Shown: positions 1-10,361 of the stretch, piece after piece
Layout: the number at the start of each line of letters is the position of its first letter
Position numbering within the stretch: the stretch's first letter is position 1
From: Singulisphaera sp. GP187
Lineage (GTDB): Bacteria; Planctomycetota; GCA-002687715
Assembly (NCBI GenBank): GCA_945907755.1
Contig: CAMDTN010000007.1
Span: 856-64,855 of the forward strand
DNA: 64,000 nucleotides
Direction: 5' to 3'
Position numbers and translations under genes: made by a program
Notes under the pieces: model-generated
What the model saw: the letters and a program-made list of their open reading frames with translations, nothing else
What the model was told of the DNA's origin: nothing
Databases searched by the model: none

Positions 1-312
1 CGCGCGGGCGAAGTGGATGCGATCATCTTGAGCCAGATGCTGCACGAACTCGAAACCCCCGCCGCTGCGGTCAAGGCTGCCGCGCGAGGTTTGCGCAAGG
101 GCGGGTGTTTGTTGGTTCTGGAATTGCTCACACACGAAGAAGCCTGGGTGCGCACGCGCTTGGGGCATCGCGCTTTGGGCTTCAGCGAACGCGAATTATT
201 GGGTTTCATGAGAGCGGCAGGGCTGGTGCAGCGCGAAGTGCAGCGAGCCTCGCGCGATCCCAAGCCCCCGCATTTTGTGGCGCTGCTGGGCAGCGCAAGG
301 AAGGGCGCATGA
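1..312 (+). CDS. C-terminal part of a SAM-dependent methyltransferase, probably an ArsR-methyltransferase fusion regulator (SahR/AhcR-like); 5'-truncated by the window
   Basis: Open frame from base 1 with class I MTase C-terminal motifs (LSQMLHE...[12 protein letters not shown]...LGFSE). Its TGA overlaps the metH ATG (ATGA 309-312), a typical context. Confidence 0.65.
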   Translation, partial: RAGEVDAIILSQMLHELETPAAAVKAAARGLRKGGCLLVLELLTHEEAWVRTRLGHRALGFSERELLGFMRAAGLVQREVQRASRDPKPPHFVALLGSARKGA

Positions 313-3300
313 AAGAGCACATCTTGACACCACATCCATTGGTAGCAGCACTGGCCAACCGCATCCTCGTGGTGGACGGCGCCATGGGAACCATGGTGCA
401 AGTTGAGGGCTTGGAAGAAGCGGACTACCGCGGCACGCGCTTCGCGGCGCATGAACGACCGCTGCGCGGCTGCAACGACCTGTTGGTGCTGACGAGGCCA
501 GACCTGATCGCCAGTATTCATCGGCGCTACTTGGAAGCGGGCGCCGACATCATCGAGACCAACACATTCAACGCCACCACGATTTCGTTGGCGGATTACG
601 GTCTGGAAGCGCATGTGCGCGAACTGAACACTGCCGCGGCGCGCTTGGCGAAGGCGGAAGCGGCCAAGGCCACAGCAGCGAACCCCGCGCAACCGCGTTT
701 CGTGGCGGGCTCTATCGGCCCCACCAACAAAACCGCTTCGCTGTCGCCGCAGGTGAACGACCCAGCCTTTCGTGCCATCAACTTCGAACAGTTGGTGGCG
801 GCGTACAGCGAACAAGTCCATGGCTTGCTGGATGGCGGCGTCGACCTGTTGCTGCCGGAAACGACATTCGACACGCTCAACCTGAAGGCTGCGCTGTTCG
901 CCATCGAAGCGGTGTTCGAAGAGCGAGGCATGCGCGTGCCGGTAATGGCTTCGATCACCATTACCGACCGCAGCGGGCGCACACTGTCGGGGCAAACGGT
1001 GGAGGCGTGTTGGATCAGCGTGTCGCACGCACCGCTGTTGGCCATTGGCATGAACTGCGCTTTGGGCGCGGAAGAGATGCGCCCGTGGTTGGCAGAACTC
1101 GCAGCAGTGGCCAGCGTTCCGGTGGCCTGCATTCCGAACGCGGGCCTGCCCGATGAAATGGGCGCGTATGTGCAAACACCCGCCGAATTCGCGCAGATCA
1201 TTGCGGGCTTCGCGCACGAAGGATTACTCAACATCGTTGGCGGCTGCTGCGGCACCACGCCCGCGCACATCGCTGCATTGGCGAAGGCAGTGAAGGGCTT
1301 AGCACCACGCGCTGTTCAGCCCGCGCCAGCCACCGCGCGCTACTCGGGCCTCGAGCCCTGCGTGCTGCACGCCGACAGCAACTTCACCATGGTCGGCGAG
1401 CGCACCAATGTCACCGGCTCGCGACGCTTCCGGCGCCTGATCGCTGAAGGCAGTTTCGAAGCCGCCGTGGAAGTGGCGCGCCAACAAGTGGTCAGCGGTG
1501 CCAATCTGCTGGATGTGAATATGGATGAAGGGCTGCTGGATTCAGAAGCCTCCATGACGCGCTTCTTGAATCTGATTGCCGCAGAGCCTGATGTGGCCCG
1601 CATCCCTGTGATGATTGACTCTTCGAAGTGGAGCGTGCTGGAAGCAGGGTTGCGCTGCGTGCAGGGTAAGGCCGTAGTCAATTCCATCTCACTGAAGGAA
1701 GGCGAAGCGGCGTTCTTGCGCCAAGCCCGTCTGTGCAGGCGCTACGGCGCAGCCATGGTGGTGATGGCCTTCGACGAAACCGGCCAAGCTGTAGAAACCG
1801 AGCACAAGATCGCTATCGCCGAGCGCGTCGTCCGTTTGTTGAGCAACGAGGGCGTGCCCGCAGAAGACATCATCTTTGACGCCAACATCCTCACCATTGG
1901 CACCGGCATCGCCGAGCACGCGCGTTACGGCATCAATTTCATCGAAGCCGTGCGCGGCGTGAAGCAGCGCTGTCCCGGAGTGCGCACCAGTGGCGGCGTG
2001 TCCAACCTGTCCTTTGCCTTCCGCGGCCAAGACCGCATTCGCCGCGCGCTGCATTCAGCCTTCTTGTTCCATGCGATTCGTGCGGGTCTCGACATGGGCA
2101 TCGTCAATGCTGGTGAACTGGACTTGTACGAAGACATCACTCCAGAGTTGTTAGAGCTGGTCGAAGACCTGATCTTCGATCGACGCAGCGATGCTACCGA
2201 GAGGCTGGTTTCCTTCGGTCAAGGATTGGGTGCTGCCGTTGGCGCAGTGCTTGCGGACGCCGCGTGGCGCAGCGAACCGCTGCCCGCACGCGTGCGTCAC
2301 GCGTTGATGCACGGCACCAGCGAGTTCATCGAAGCCGACATGCGCGAGGCGCTGGGCACTTACGCAACGCCGTTAGACATCATCGAAGGCCCGTTGATGG
2401 CTGGCATGAATGTGGTGGGCGATCTGTTCGGCGCAGGCAAGATGTTTCTGCCGCAAGTAGTGAAAAGCGCGCGTGTGATGAAGTTGGCGGTGGCGGTGTT
2501 AGAGCCGCACATGCCGCGCGGCACCGCCAGCGGGCGCGGCGTGGTCTTGTTGGCGACGGTGAAGGGCGACGTGCATGACATCGGCAAAAACATCGTGGGC
2601 GTGGTGCTCGCTTGCAACGGCTGGAAAGTGGAAGACCTCGGCGTGATGGTGCCGTGCGAGCGCATCCTCACCGAAGCGCAGCGCTGTGGCGCCGTGATGA
2701 TCGGCCTGTCGGGGCTGATCACACCGTCGCTGGACGAAATGGTGCATGTGGCCAAGGAAATGCAGCATCGCGGGCTGAACTTGCCGCTGCTGATTGGTGG
2801 CGCCACCACCAGCGTCAAGCACACCGCAGTCAAAATTGCACCGATGTATTCCGGGCCTGTGGTGCATGTGTTGGACGCTGCGCGCACGCCGGGCGCAGTA
2901 GAGCGTCTCAGTTCTGCCACAGGGCGTGACGCATTCGTGGCCGAAGTGCGAGCCGCGCAGGAAAAGGCCCGTGTGCAACACGCGGCGCGTGCCGGCGCCG
3001 CACCATTGTTGCCGCTGGAAGCCGCGCGCTCCTTGGCGCAGCCCTTCGGCGGGCACATTCCTTGTGCTCCCACTTGGACTGGCGTGCGTGTGGGCGCAGC
3101 AAGCGTTGCAGAACTGATTCCGTGGATCGACTGGACACCCTTCTTTCATGTTTGGGAATTGCGCGGCACTGCGCGCAGCTTGTTGGCCGCTGCAGATCCA
3201 CGCGTGCTGGAACTGAAACGCGACGCCGATGCGTGTTTGGCAGAGCTGGCCGCGAAAGATCTGTTACGCCCGCGCAGCGTTGCTGGTTTTTGGCGTGCCG

Positions 3301-3986
3301 CGCGTGACGGCGATGACATCGTGCTGTGGCCGGAAGCAGCAGAAGCGCCGCACTCGACCGACGCATTGGCTAAGCCCACGCAGCGCCTGCACACTTTGCG
3401 GCGCCAAGAAACGCCGCGCGAGCGCGTGGCGGGAGCGTGCCCAGCGCTCGCTGATTTTGTGGCGCCGCTGGGCGGGCCTGCTGACTGGATGGGAGCTTTC
3501 GCGGTCAGCGCCGGTGTAGGCCTACCTGAACTAGTGGCCGCCGCACAGCAGCAGTACGACGACTACAAAGTGATCATGCTGAAGGCACTGGCGGACAGGC
3601 TCGCCGAGGCCTACGCCGAAAAACTCCATTCCGAAATGCGCGCTGCCGCGGGCGCCACTGAAGCCCTGAGCATCGCCGCACAGATTGAATCCGAATACAA
3701 AGGCATTCGTCCGGCACCTGGGTATCCCGCGCAACCCGACCATTCCGAAAAAGAAGTGCTGTTTCAATTGTTGCAGGCGGAAGAGCTTGCTGGCATTCGC
3801 TTGACGGAGAGCTTTGCCATGGACCCAGCCGCGAGTGTGTGCGCGTTGGTGTTCACGCACCCGCAGGCGCGCTATTTCTCGGTGGGCCGCATCGGCCGCG
3901 ACCAAGTCGATGACTACGCGCGGCGCAAAGGTATTGAGCGAGCGGTGGTGGAGCGCTGGTTGGCGTCGCACTTGGTCGACGCCTGA
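309..3986 (+). CDS. metH: Cobalamin-dependent methionine synthase
   Basis: [14 protein letters not shown] Zn site, GERTNVTGS pterin domain, [12 protein letters not shown]12-binding motif and [12 protein letters not shown] activation domain. Confidence 0.97.
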   Translation: MKEHILTPHPLVAALANRILVVDGAMGTMVQVEGLEEADYRGTRFAAHERPLRGCNDLLVLTRPDLIASIHRRYLEAGADIIETNTFNATTISLADYGLEAHVRELNTAAARLAKAEAAKATAANPAQPRFVAGSIGPTNKTASLSPQVNDPAFRAINFEQLVAAYSEQVHGLLDGGVDLLLPETTFDTLNLKAALFAIEAVFEERGMRVPVMASITITDRSGRTLSGQTVEACWISVSHAPLLAIGMNCALGAEEMRPWLAELAAVASVPVACIPNAGLPDEMGAYVQTPAEFAQIIAGFAHEGLLNIVGGCCGTTPAHIAALAKAVKGLAPRAVQPAPATARYSGLEPCVLHADSNFTMVGERTNVTGSRRFRRLIAEGSFEAAVEVARQQVVSGANLLDVNMDEGLLDSEASMTRFLNLIAAEPDVARIPVMIDSSKWSVLEAGLRCVQGKAVVNSISLKEGEAAFLRQARLCRRYGAAMVVMAFDETGQAVETEHKIAIAERVVRLLSNEGVPAEDIIFDANILTIGTGIAEHARYGINFIEAVRGVKQRCPGVRTSGGVSNLSFAFRGQDRIRRALHSAFLFHAIRAGLDMGIVNAGELDLYEDITPELLELVEDLIFDRRSDATERLVSFGQGLGAAVGAVLADAAWRSEPLPARVRHALMHGTSEFIEADMREALGTYATPLDIIEGPLMAGMNVVGDLFGAGKMFLPQVVKSARVMKLAVAVLEPHMPRGTASGRGVVLLATVKGDVHDIGKNIVGVVLACNGWKVEDLGVMVPCERILTEAQRCGAVMIGLSGLITPSLDEMVHVAKEMQHRGLNLPLLIGGATTSVKHTAVKIAPMYSGPVVHVLDAARTPGAVERLSSATGRDAFVAEVRAAQEKARVQHAARAGAAPLLPLEAARSLAQPFGGHIPCAPTWTGVRVGAASVAELIPWIDWTPFFHVWELRGTARSLLAAADPRVLELKRDADACLAELAAKDLLRPRSVAGFWRAARDGDDIVLWPEAAEAPHSTDALAKPTQRLHTLRRQETPRERVAGACPALADFVAPLGGPADWMGAFAVSAGVGLPELVAAAQQQYDDYKVIMLKALADRLAEAYAEKLHSEMRAAAGATEALSIAAQIESEYKGIRPAPGYPAQPDHSEKEVLFQLLQAEELAGIRLTESFAMDPAASVCALVFTHPQARYFSVGRIGRDQVDDYARRKGIERAVVERWLASHLVDA

Positions 3987-3997
3987 AGGAGCATGCG

Positions 3998-5209
3998 ATG
4001 GCAGAGTCCACAACAGCGTTGCACAATTTGCGGGCAGCCTTTCCGGCGTTGCAGGACGGCCTTTGCTTCCTTGATTGGGCATCTACAGGGCTGCTGCCTC
4101 TACCGGCACAAGTTGCGCTGACGGAATTCCTCGCGGCCTGCGGGCGCTGCGACTCTGCTGATTCCACTTGGATGCATGGCGCCGGCGCGACAACGCGCAA
4201 CGCGTTGCGTGCGTTGATCGCGCAACGCTTGCAAGCCAACCCGCGCGACATTGGCTTGCTTGAAAACACGACGGCGGGGCTGAATGCAGCGGCTTCGGCC
4301 TTACGCTTGCAACATGGAGACAATGTCATCTTGGGCGAGATCGACTACCTCGCTGTGGCCATGCCGTGGCGTCACCGCGCGCGCCGTGACGGTTTAGAAC
4401 TGCGCTTCGTGCCCGCACGCGCAGGGCGTATCGAAGCGGCCGATGTGCTGGAACGCATCGACGAGCGCACCCGCGTCGTTGCGCTGTCCACCATTTGCTG
4501 GACCAGCGGCGCACTGACAGACCTTGCCGCCATCGCGCGCGAAACGCGCATGCGCGGCATCCACTTGATCGTCGACGCCACGCAGACCTTCGGCCTGTTG
4601 CCCTTGGACACGCGCAGCGTGCCTGCACAATTCATCGCGTGCGGTGGGCACAAGTGGTTGCTGGGCACTCTGGGCCAAGGTTTTTTGTGGGTGCACCCAG
4701 AATGCGCCGCGCGGCATCAGCCGCCGTTTGTTGGCTTCTTGTCGGGAACGCCAGCACAGGGACAGTGGCCCGATTGGTTCAGCAGCGCGAGCAGCAGCTT
4801 GCACGACGAAGTGATGGTGCCATCCACAGCGCGGGCGTTTGAAAGTGGTGGGACGCCGAACTACGCCGGGGCCATCACATTGCTCGCCGCGCTGCGGCTG
4901 TTGGATACTGTGCCGCAGGACGAGCTGGTCGCCCATGTGCGCACTCTGGGCACGCAACTCATCGATGGGCTGCAGTCGCGCGGTTTCACGGTGCTGACAC
5001 CAACCGAGCCCACAGCCCGTGCAGGCATCGTTGTGTTTCAAGGCGGTGGTGAAGCGGCGGAGAAAACTCTGGTGGCTGCGTTGCGTTCCCAGCGCATCGC
5101 GTGCGCGGTGCGCTATGCCGGCGGAGTTGGTGGCGTGCGCATCAGCCTGCATGGGCCGAACAATGCGGCAGATGTGGCGCGCTTACTGGCCGCGTTGCCG
5201 CAGCGCTAA
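3998..5209 (+). CDS. Aminotransferase class V / cysteine desulfurase-like PLP enzyme
   Basis: FLDWASTG, ENTTAG, VDATQ, GGHKWLLG PLP-lysine motif, FESGGTPN, RISLHGPN; AGGAG RBS upstream. Confidence 0.85.
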   Translation: MAESTTALHNLRAAFPALQDGLCFLDWASTGLLPLPAQVALTEFLAACGRCDSADSTWMHGAGATTRNALRALIAQRLQANPRDIGLLENTTAGLNAAASALRLQHGDNVILGEIDYLAVAMPWRHRARRDGLELRFVPARAGRIEAADVLERIDERTRVVALSTICWTSGALTDLAAIARETRMRGIHLIVDATQTFGLLPLDTRSVPAQFIACGGHKWLLGTLGQGFLWVHPECAARHQPPFVGFLSGTPAQGQWPDWFSSASSSLHDEVMVPSTARAFESGGTPNYAGAITLLAALRLLDTVPQDELVAHVRTLGTQLIDGLQSRGFTVLTPTEPTARAGIVVFQGGGEAAEKTLVAALRSQRIACAVRYAGGVGGVRISLHGPNNAADVARLLAALPQR

Positions 5210-5517
5210 GCGCCTGAGCTGCTTGTAGGCGCGCGTTGCGCCTCGGATGGCGCACATTGAGACTCGGGACTTGCGCTCTGCAACAGCGCGAAGTGCGCCG
5301 GAAGGATGTGATGCCAGTCGCGCTGCTGATCCAGCGGTGCGCGTGGGCTGGTTACAGAAGCATCACCAGTCTGAGGCGTCGCATCGGCCCGAGTCGTGTC
5401 GTCCATCAGTCCCCCCTCACGGCGCCTGCGGGCTTGCAGCCGCGGTGAGGGTCGAAGCGTAACCGGCCGGCAGCCGTCGACGGAAACGAATCTGCTAACT
5501 CGTGCGCCGCATTCGGG

Positions 5518-7269
5518 TTAGAGATCCACCTGAGCGGCGAAGGGGTCTGTTGGGTCCGCTATCAGCGTTCCCGTGAGAGTGGCGCCAGAGGCGAAAACCA
5601 CAGTGACGCTGGCTCCGATGAGCGCCGCGCCGGTGCCGTTGGCGGGGATGATCTCGCAGTCCCAATCCAGCGCGTCGATGGTGGCTTCGAAGCTGTTGAA
5701 GGTGAAGTTCAATGTGCCATAGGCGGTTGCGGGCAGTCCGCCCACGGTCACCGGGAACGGATTAGTACCCGTGAACAGGCCCGGCGTCGGCCCGGTGAGC
5801 CCGGTGGTGAGCGCAGTGCCGTTGCGATACGAAGTGCCCGCAGCCAACGACCCGCCGCTGTTCAGCGCGCCGGAAGGGACGAGGCCGATGCCAGCGCCGA
5901 GTGGCATGCAGTTGATGGTCACCGAAGTAATGGCCTCACTGCCAGTGTTGCGGATCTCGTGAAAGCCAAAGACTTGGATGGCGCCAGAGCCGCGCGATTC
6001 GATATGTGCGTGAGGACCTGGTAACGCGTCCGCCCATCGCAGCGTGCACACATTCGAGCCACCGAAGAAGCCTGGGCTGCTTGGGTCCGGCGCGAGGAAT
6101 TGGAACGCGATGCGGTCTCCAGTGGCCAGCAAACCACCAGCGATGTTAGTGGAGATCAACGCTGGCGCCCCCGTGCCGGTGTAGCTGTAGGGCAGCACCA
6201 AGCCTGCAGCAATTCCCACCAAACTCAGCCCCAAGCTGTCCGGAACAATGAGCGCTAGCGGCTGCATCGGCACGCTGAAATTGTGGCCCAATTCCACCGC
6301 GGGGAAACCCGGTGTGACGCAGTTGGGGTTGGTGCCGCCGGGCCAAATATTGATGAGGCAACTGGCGCTCACGCCAGGCAGCGTCAAGCAGTCACCACCC
6401 CAAGAAATGAGTGTGCCCGCGGTGATGGTGCGCTGGATGCGCGCCGGGGCATCGGTGTTGATGCCCACCAGAGCCTCGTGATTATTCAGCGGAAAATCAC
6501 ACTCGAAGTAAGTGGTAGCTGGTGTGTTCGGTTGGCCTGATGGCCCGTTGCCAGCGGCTACGACGAGGTAGTCGGCTTGGATGTCCGCAGTGCTGCGCGC
6601 GTACGGGTAAACGCGGATGTCGTCGTAGTGCGCTTGCGCCGCCAGCGAAGACGAAGCGCGGTCACCCATGAAGTCGAGTTCGGTGCCATTCCAGTTGAAG
6701 CTGCCCGCGGTTTGCGGCACGCTCACCATCAAAGTGCCGTTCATGAACAAGGCGATGATGTTGGTTGCGGGGTCGAAGCGCACCGCGATGTGCACCCAGC
6801 CGTTCGCATTGACCATCGTGAGTAACGGTCCACCGGTGACTGCAACTTCGTTGGGTACGCCACGCAATGTTAGGCCTGCCGTGTTGGTGGGCGTGTAGGC
6901 CGGGCAATAACAGGCGCCGCTTTGAAACATGCGGAAGCGCCCGCCGCTGTAGCCCGCGATGGGCGACACCATGTTGCCGTCACCAAAGATGTACCCAAAA
7001 TTCTGCGCGGCCCAGGGACGGTAGTGGAACTGAATCGTGAAGCCGCCCGAGGGAATGAGCGTGAATCCCGTGGGCAGGTAGCTGAGGTTGGCGGCGGTAG
7101 AGGTGCGCACGGCGCAGCCGCCTCCGAGGAAAGGCACGGTGTAGTCGAGGCTGATGCCAGACCCAACGGTGGAGCGCACCAAGCTGGGAGGAGACAGCGC
7201 GGAATTGAGCAGGGCAACCTGACCATGAACCGAAGCCAAGAGCACCACCAATAGGCTGAAGCTGCGCAT
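5518..7269 (-). CDS. Secreted LamG/concanavalin-like jellyroll domain protein
   Basis: Signal peptide; LamG-like motifs (FTIQFHY, WVHIAVRFD...LFMNG, YDDIRVYPYARS). Confidence 0.7.
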   Translation of the reverse strand: MRSFSLLVVLLASVHGQVALLNSALSPPSLVRSTVGSGISLDYTVPFLGGGCAVRTSTAANLSYLPTGFTLIPSGGFTIQFHYRPWAAQNFGYIFGDGNMVSPIAGYSGGRFRMFQSGACYCPAYTPTNTAGLTLRGVPNEVAVTGGPLLTMVNANGWVHIAVRFDPATNIIALFMNGTLMVSVPQTAGSFNWNGTELDFMGDRASSSLAAQAHYDDIRVYPYARSTADIQADYLVVAAGNGPSGQPNTPATTYFECDFPLNNHEALVGINTDAPARIQRTITAGTLISWGGDCLTLPGVSASCLINIWPGGTNPNCVTPGFPAVELGHNFSVPMQPLALIVPDSLGLSLVGIAAGLVLPYSYTGTGAPALISTNIAGGLLATGDRIAFQFLAPDPSSPGFFGGSNVCTLRWADALPGPHAHIESRGSGAIQVFGFHEIRNTGSEAITSVTINCMPLGAGIGLVPSGALNSGGSLAAGTSYRNGTALTTGLTGPTPGLFTGTNPFPVTVGGLPATAYGTLNFTFNSFEATIDALDWDCEIIPANGTGAALIGASVTVVFASGATLTGTLIADPTDPFAAQVDL

Positions 7270-7413
7270 GGAGTCACCTTAGTGCCCCAGCAGCTCTCGC
7301 GCGCACTCGTTTCTTGGATTTTCGTTCCGCGCACTCAGGAAGTGTGGAGACGGCGATCAAAAAATTGTGCGAGCACCCTTCACGGGCGAAATCTGCAGAG
7401 CCTGAAACCGCGC

Positions 7414-7443
7414 TTGACACGGGGCAAGTTCTTCTCGTATACA
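7414..7443 (+). promoter_or_regulatory. Putative sigma70 promoter of the response regulator
   Basis: TTGACA (7414-7419), 18-nt spacer, TATACA (7438-7443). Confidence 0.4.
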
Positions 7444-7529
7444 TGGGAGGCCCGCTCCGCCGAGTGGGTTTGCTTGCTAGTAGCCAGACTTATGTCTAAC
7501 GCTCATAGCTTGCGTTCAAGGTCCTCGCT

Positions 7530-8138
7530 ATGCACGTTCCTACCGCCGCCATTGGTTCTGCACGCTTTCTCACGACCAATCGGATCGCCGGCCTCATCGG
7601 GGTCAGCGAACGCACAGTTGCCAACTGGATCGATCGCGGTCACCTCGATGCGCATCGCACACCCGGTGGGCATCGTCGCGTGTCTCCAGACGAACTGGTG
7701 CAGTTCCTGCACGCGCGGGAAATGCCTGTGCCGAAAGAGTTACAGAGTGAGCGCCGCGTGCTCATTGTCGAAGCCGATGCACAAGTTGCGCGCGTGCTGC
7801 AGAGCTACTTAAACCCTGAAATAACCGGTTATTCAGTGACATGGATGGCAGATGCTTTGTCGGCGCTGATGCATATCGGGCACAACAAACCTCACGTCGT
7901 TCTGCTCGATATTCTGATGCCCGGAATGGACGGATTGGAAGTGTGCCGCAAGATCCGCGCCAACCCCGACTTAGCCGAAGTGCGGGTGATCTTTGTCACC
8001 AGGTACACCGACATCGACCCCGATAGCATTTGCCGCGACACTGGTGCCATCGGTGTTCTGCTGAAGCCCATCCGTGGCCCCGAGCTCAATGAGGCCGTGG
8101 CCAAAGCGCTATCGACGCGCGCTCCGGCCAGCTTCTGA
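7530..8138 (+). CDS. Response regulator with N-terminal excisionase/MerR-like HTH and C-terminal receiver domain
   Basis: LTTNRIAGLIGVSERTVANWIDRG..RTPGGHRR HTH; LLDILMPGMDG and KP receiver motifs. Confidence 0.88.
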   Translation: MHVPTAAIGSARFLTTNRIAGLIGVSERTVANWIDRGHLDAHRTPGGHRRVSPDELVQFLHAREMPVPKELQSERRVLIVEADAQVARVLQSYLNPEITGYSVTWMADALSALMHIGHNKPHVVLLDILMPGMDGLEVCRKIRANPDLAEVRVIFVTRYTDIDPDSICRDTGAIGVLLKPIRGPELNEAVAKALSTRAPASF

Positions 8139-8314
8139 ACGCCGCTGGCGTTAGGGCGTCATGTTTTTCTTAGGCAGTTCCTGACATTTGTCCACGCGCA
8201 GATGAATCCGCGCAACCATCCTGATCACAGTAGCTTGCGCCGATTGGGCGCGCTTGGGCACCATTGCTTCTGCCCAGATCAGGCCAAGTTCTCAACACAA
8301 TCCACAAAATCTAC

Positions 8315-8344
8315 TTGCTTTGGCACCGCTCCGGACGGCATACT
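8315..8344 (+). promoter_or_regulatory. Putative sigma70 promoter for the non-coding unit
   Basis: TTGCTT (8315-8320), 18 nt, CATACT (8339-8344), preceded by an A-rich UP-like tract (8294-8313). Confidence 0.5.
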
Positions 8345-8429
8345 GATTGCGGTTGCTGACGGCCTTGCAAAGGCAGGCCCGCCCGATCAGGTCACCCGGC
8401 AGCAACTGAGAGCTTTGGCTTTCGAGATT

Positions 8430-8473
8430 CCACCAGCTCCTGTTGGTGGCGCCTCAACTGGCACCCTTGAAAA
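8430..8473 (+). promoter_or_regulatory. boxB-like hairpin plus boxA-like antitermination element
   Basis: CCACCAGC-TCCT-GTTGGTGG hairpin (8430-8449) followed by CACCCTTGAAAA (8462-8473), which resembles rrn boxA (e.g. GTTCTTTGAAAA). Confidence 0.45.
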
Positions 8474-8571
8474 AGATCCACGCAGTTCGCAGCGATGTCT
8501 GGCCCGATGCCGGGTGCGCATGGAATTGAAGTTCGTTGGCGGGTGGGAGCCCGCTCTCGAGTTTCAGAACT

Positions 8572-8969
8572 ATGCCGCCGAAACATCACCAGGTTCGGTG
8601 GGTGCGTGGGAACGAATGTTGGATGCACCGCTGCCGCTCGGCTGGCACTGAGCCGCGTACCGGGGGAACCCCGGGGCGATTGCAGACAGATCCAACGCGT
8701 TTCCGCCCACACTTGCCACTTCGCGGCTGGTTCGCGGTTGAGTGCTTCGCAACTTGGGGTTTCCCAAGACGAGGCGCGAAGCCGTGGGCCCATCGTGATC
8801 AGCATGTTGTCCGGGTTTGTACCTTGGCAAAGTTCCCGTCGCTCCGGCTTGCGCCAGGGCGTCGCCTGCTGCTGAGCGGGTCGAGGGGGAGTTCGCGCGC
8901 CCCGGGGGTGAATAAGCGCGAGTATCGGCTGCGAGCGCAGCTTGAAGGGTGCAAACCCTCAGGCGGCAT
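8572..8969 (+). ncRNA. Large structured non-coding RNA (candidate GOLLD/ROOL-like); the transcript probably spans ~8351-9050
   Basis: No credible ORF. Closing helix ATGCCGCC (8572-8579)/GGCGGCAT (8962-8969), about 10 nested helices, a GCAA tetraloop and an AGUA/GAA motif. Bounded by a promoter and a terminator. Confidence 0.7.
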
Positions 8970-8996
8970 CCACCGAGGGGGCCCGATGGGTCCGAA

Positions 8997-9051
8997 GAGG
9001 AGCCTTGCTTCAGACGGCGGCGACGCCCGGAGCAAGGCTCTTCGCCCTTTT
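8997..9051 (+). terminator. Intrinsic terminator-like hairpin
   Basis: 15-bp stem 8997-9011/9029-9043 (two G-U pairs) followed by GCCCTTTT. Confidence 0.55.
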
Positions 9052-9134
9052 GGCCGGGCTGTGCGCGAGGCGTAGGCTTGGCGCCGATGGCTCTGATGGA
9101 AGCGCGAGCTTCTTGCGGATCCGGAAGGGACCTC

Positions 9135-10361
9135 GTGGCGACTCAGAATGCGATCAAGCCTGTGCGGGCCGCACAGCGTGTGGCCGGGGTGCGTTACGCC
9201 GTGCGCGATGTGGTGGTGCAAGCCGAGCGTCTGCGCAAGGGCGGCATGCGCATGCTGTATCTGAATATCGGCGACCCGAATCAGTTTGGCTTCAAGCCGC
9301 CAGAGCACCTGATCAGTGCGGTGGAAGGTGCCATGCGCAGCAATCGCAACGGCTATGCGCCCAGCGAAGGCATTCCCGAAGCGCTGCAAGCCATCGAGGC
9401 CGATGCCAACGCGCGCGGCATCAGCAACATCTGCCACACATGGGTGGGCAACGGTTGCTCGGAAGTTATCGACATGGCGCTCACAGCGCTGTGCGACCCG
9501 GGCGAAAATATCTTGGTGCCTTCGCCTGGCTATCCGCTGTACACAGCGCTGGCCGCGAAGCTCGGCATCGAAGCGCGGCCATATCAGTTGGATGAAGCCA
9601 ACGGCTGGCAGCCCGATGTCGCTGACATGGCGGCGCACTGCGACGCCAACACGCGCGCGGTGGTGGTCATCAACCCCAACAACCCAACGGGCTCGTTGGC
9701 GAGTGCCGCTGCGTTGCGCAGCGTGATGCGCGTTGCTGTCGAGCGCGACCTCGTGGTCTTCGCCGACGAAATCTACGACCGCTTGCTGTTCGACGGCTGC
9801 AAACACACGCCGCTGGGTTCCATCGATCCGAACGCGAGCGTGCTCACTTTGGGTGGGCTGTCGAAAAACTGGTTGGCGCCAGGCTTCCGCATTGGTTGGG
9901 GCGTGGTCAGTGGCGACGCGCAGCGCTTGCAGCCGTGGCTGGAAGCGGTGCGTCAGTTGGGACGCGCGCGTTTATCGGCAAACCACCCCGAGCAGTACGG
10001 CATCGCGCCATGCTTGCAGGGCTCGCAAGAGCACCTGACGCAGATGTTGGTGGAACTGACGGCGCGGCGCGATTTGGCAATGCAGCGTCTGAACGCCATC
10101 CCTGGCATTTCCTGCGTGGTGCCGAGCGGCGCGTTCTACGCCTTCGCACGCTTGCACACGGTGGACAACGACGCGCAGTGGTGCAGCGATTTGATGCAAG
10201 AGACTGGCGTGGTGGTGGTGCCTGGTAGTGGTTTCGGCCAACGCCCTGGTACGCAACACTTCCGCATCGTGCTGCTGCCTTCTTGCGAAATCTTGGCCGA
10301 AGCCTGCGACGCCATCGCTGCCTTCGCGCAGCGCCGCGCCCCTGCGGGGCGGGCGTCATGA
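9135..10361 (+). CDS. Aminotransferase class I/II (AlaA/tyrosine aminotransferase-like)
   Basis: LNIGDP, INPNNPTG, FADEIYD, GGLSKNWLAPGFRIGW, GAFY; GTG start after GGAAGGGA. Confidence 0.9.
   Translation: MATQNAIKPVRAAQRVAGVRYAVRDVVVQAERLRKGGMRMLYLNIGDPNQFGFKPPEHLISAVEGAMRSNRNGYAPSEGIPEALQAIEADANARGISNICHTWVGNGCSEVIDMALTALCDPGENILVPSPGYPLYTALAAKLGIEARPYQLDEANGWQPDVADMAAHCDANTRAVVVINPNNPTGSLASAAALRSVMRVAVERDLVVFADEIYDRLLFDGCKHTPLGSIDPNASVLTLGGLSKNWLAPGFRIGWGVVSGDAQRLQPWLEAVRQLGRARLSANHPEQYGIAPCLQGSQEHLTQMLVELTARRDLAMQRLNAIPGISCVVPSGAFYAFARLHTVDNDAQWCSDLMQETGVVVVPGSGFGQRPGTQHFRIVLLPSCEILAEACDAIAAFAQRRAPAGRAS

Noticed and set aside
8475..8525. SAM-I riboswitch (CTGGCCCGATG) upstream of the aminotransferase/metB-like operon
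   Set aside because: It lacks the GAGGGA kink-turn strand, GCAACC and GGTGC..ATTCC in the required order, and lies ~600 nt from the gene.
8572..8969. RNase P, tmRNA, T-box, lysine or cobalamin riboswitch identity
   Set aside because: No GAGGAAAGTCC, no tRNA-like tmRNA ends, no GGTGG-ACC T-box. Lysine and B12 motifs are absent or out of order.
8202..9075. ORFs 8202-8651, 8495-8875, 8536-9075 and 8392-8805
   Set aside because: No recognisable motifs or RBS; they overlap dense RNA-like structure.
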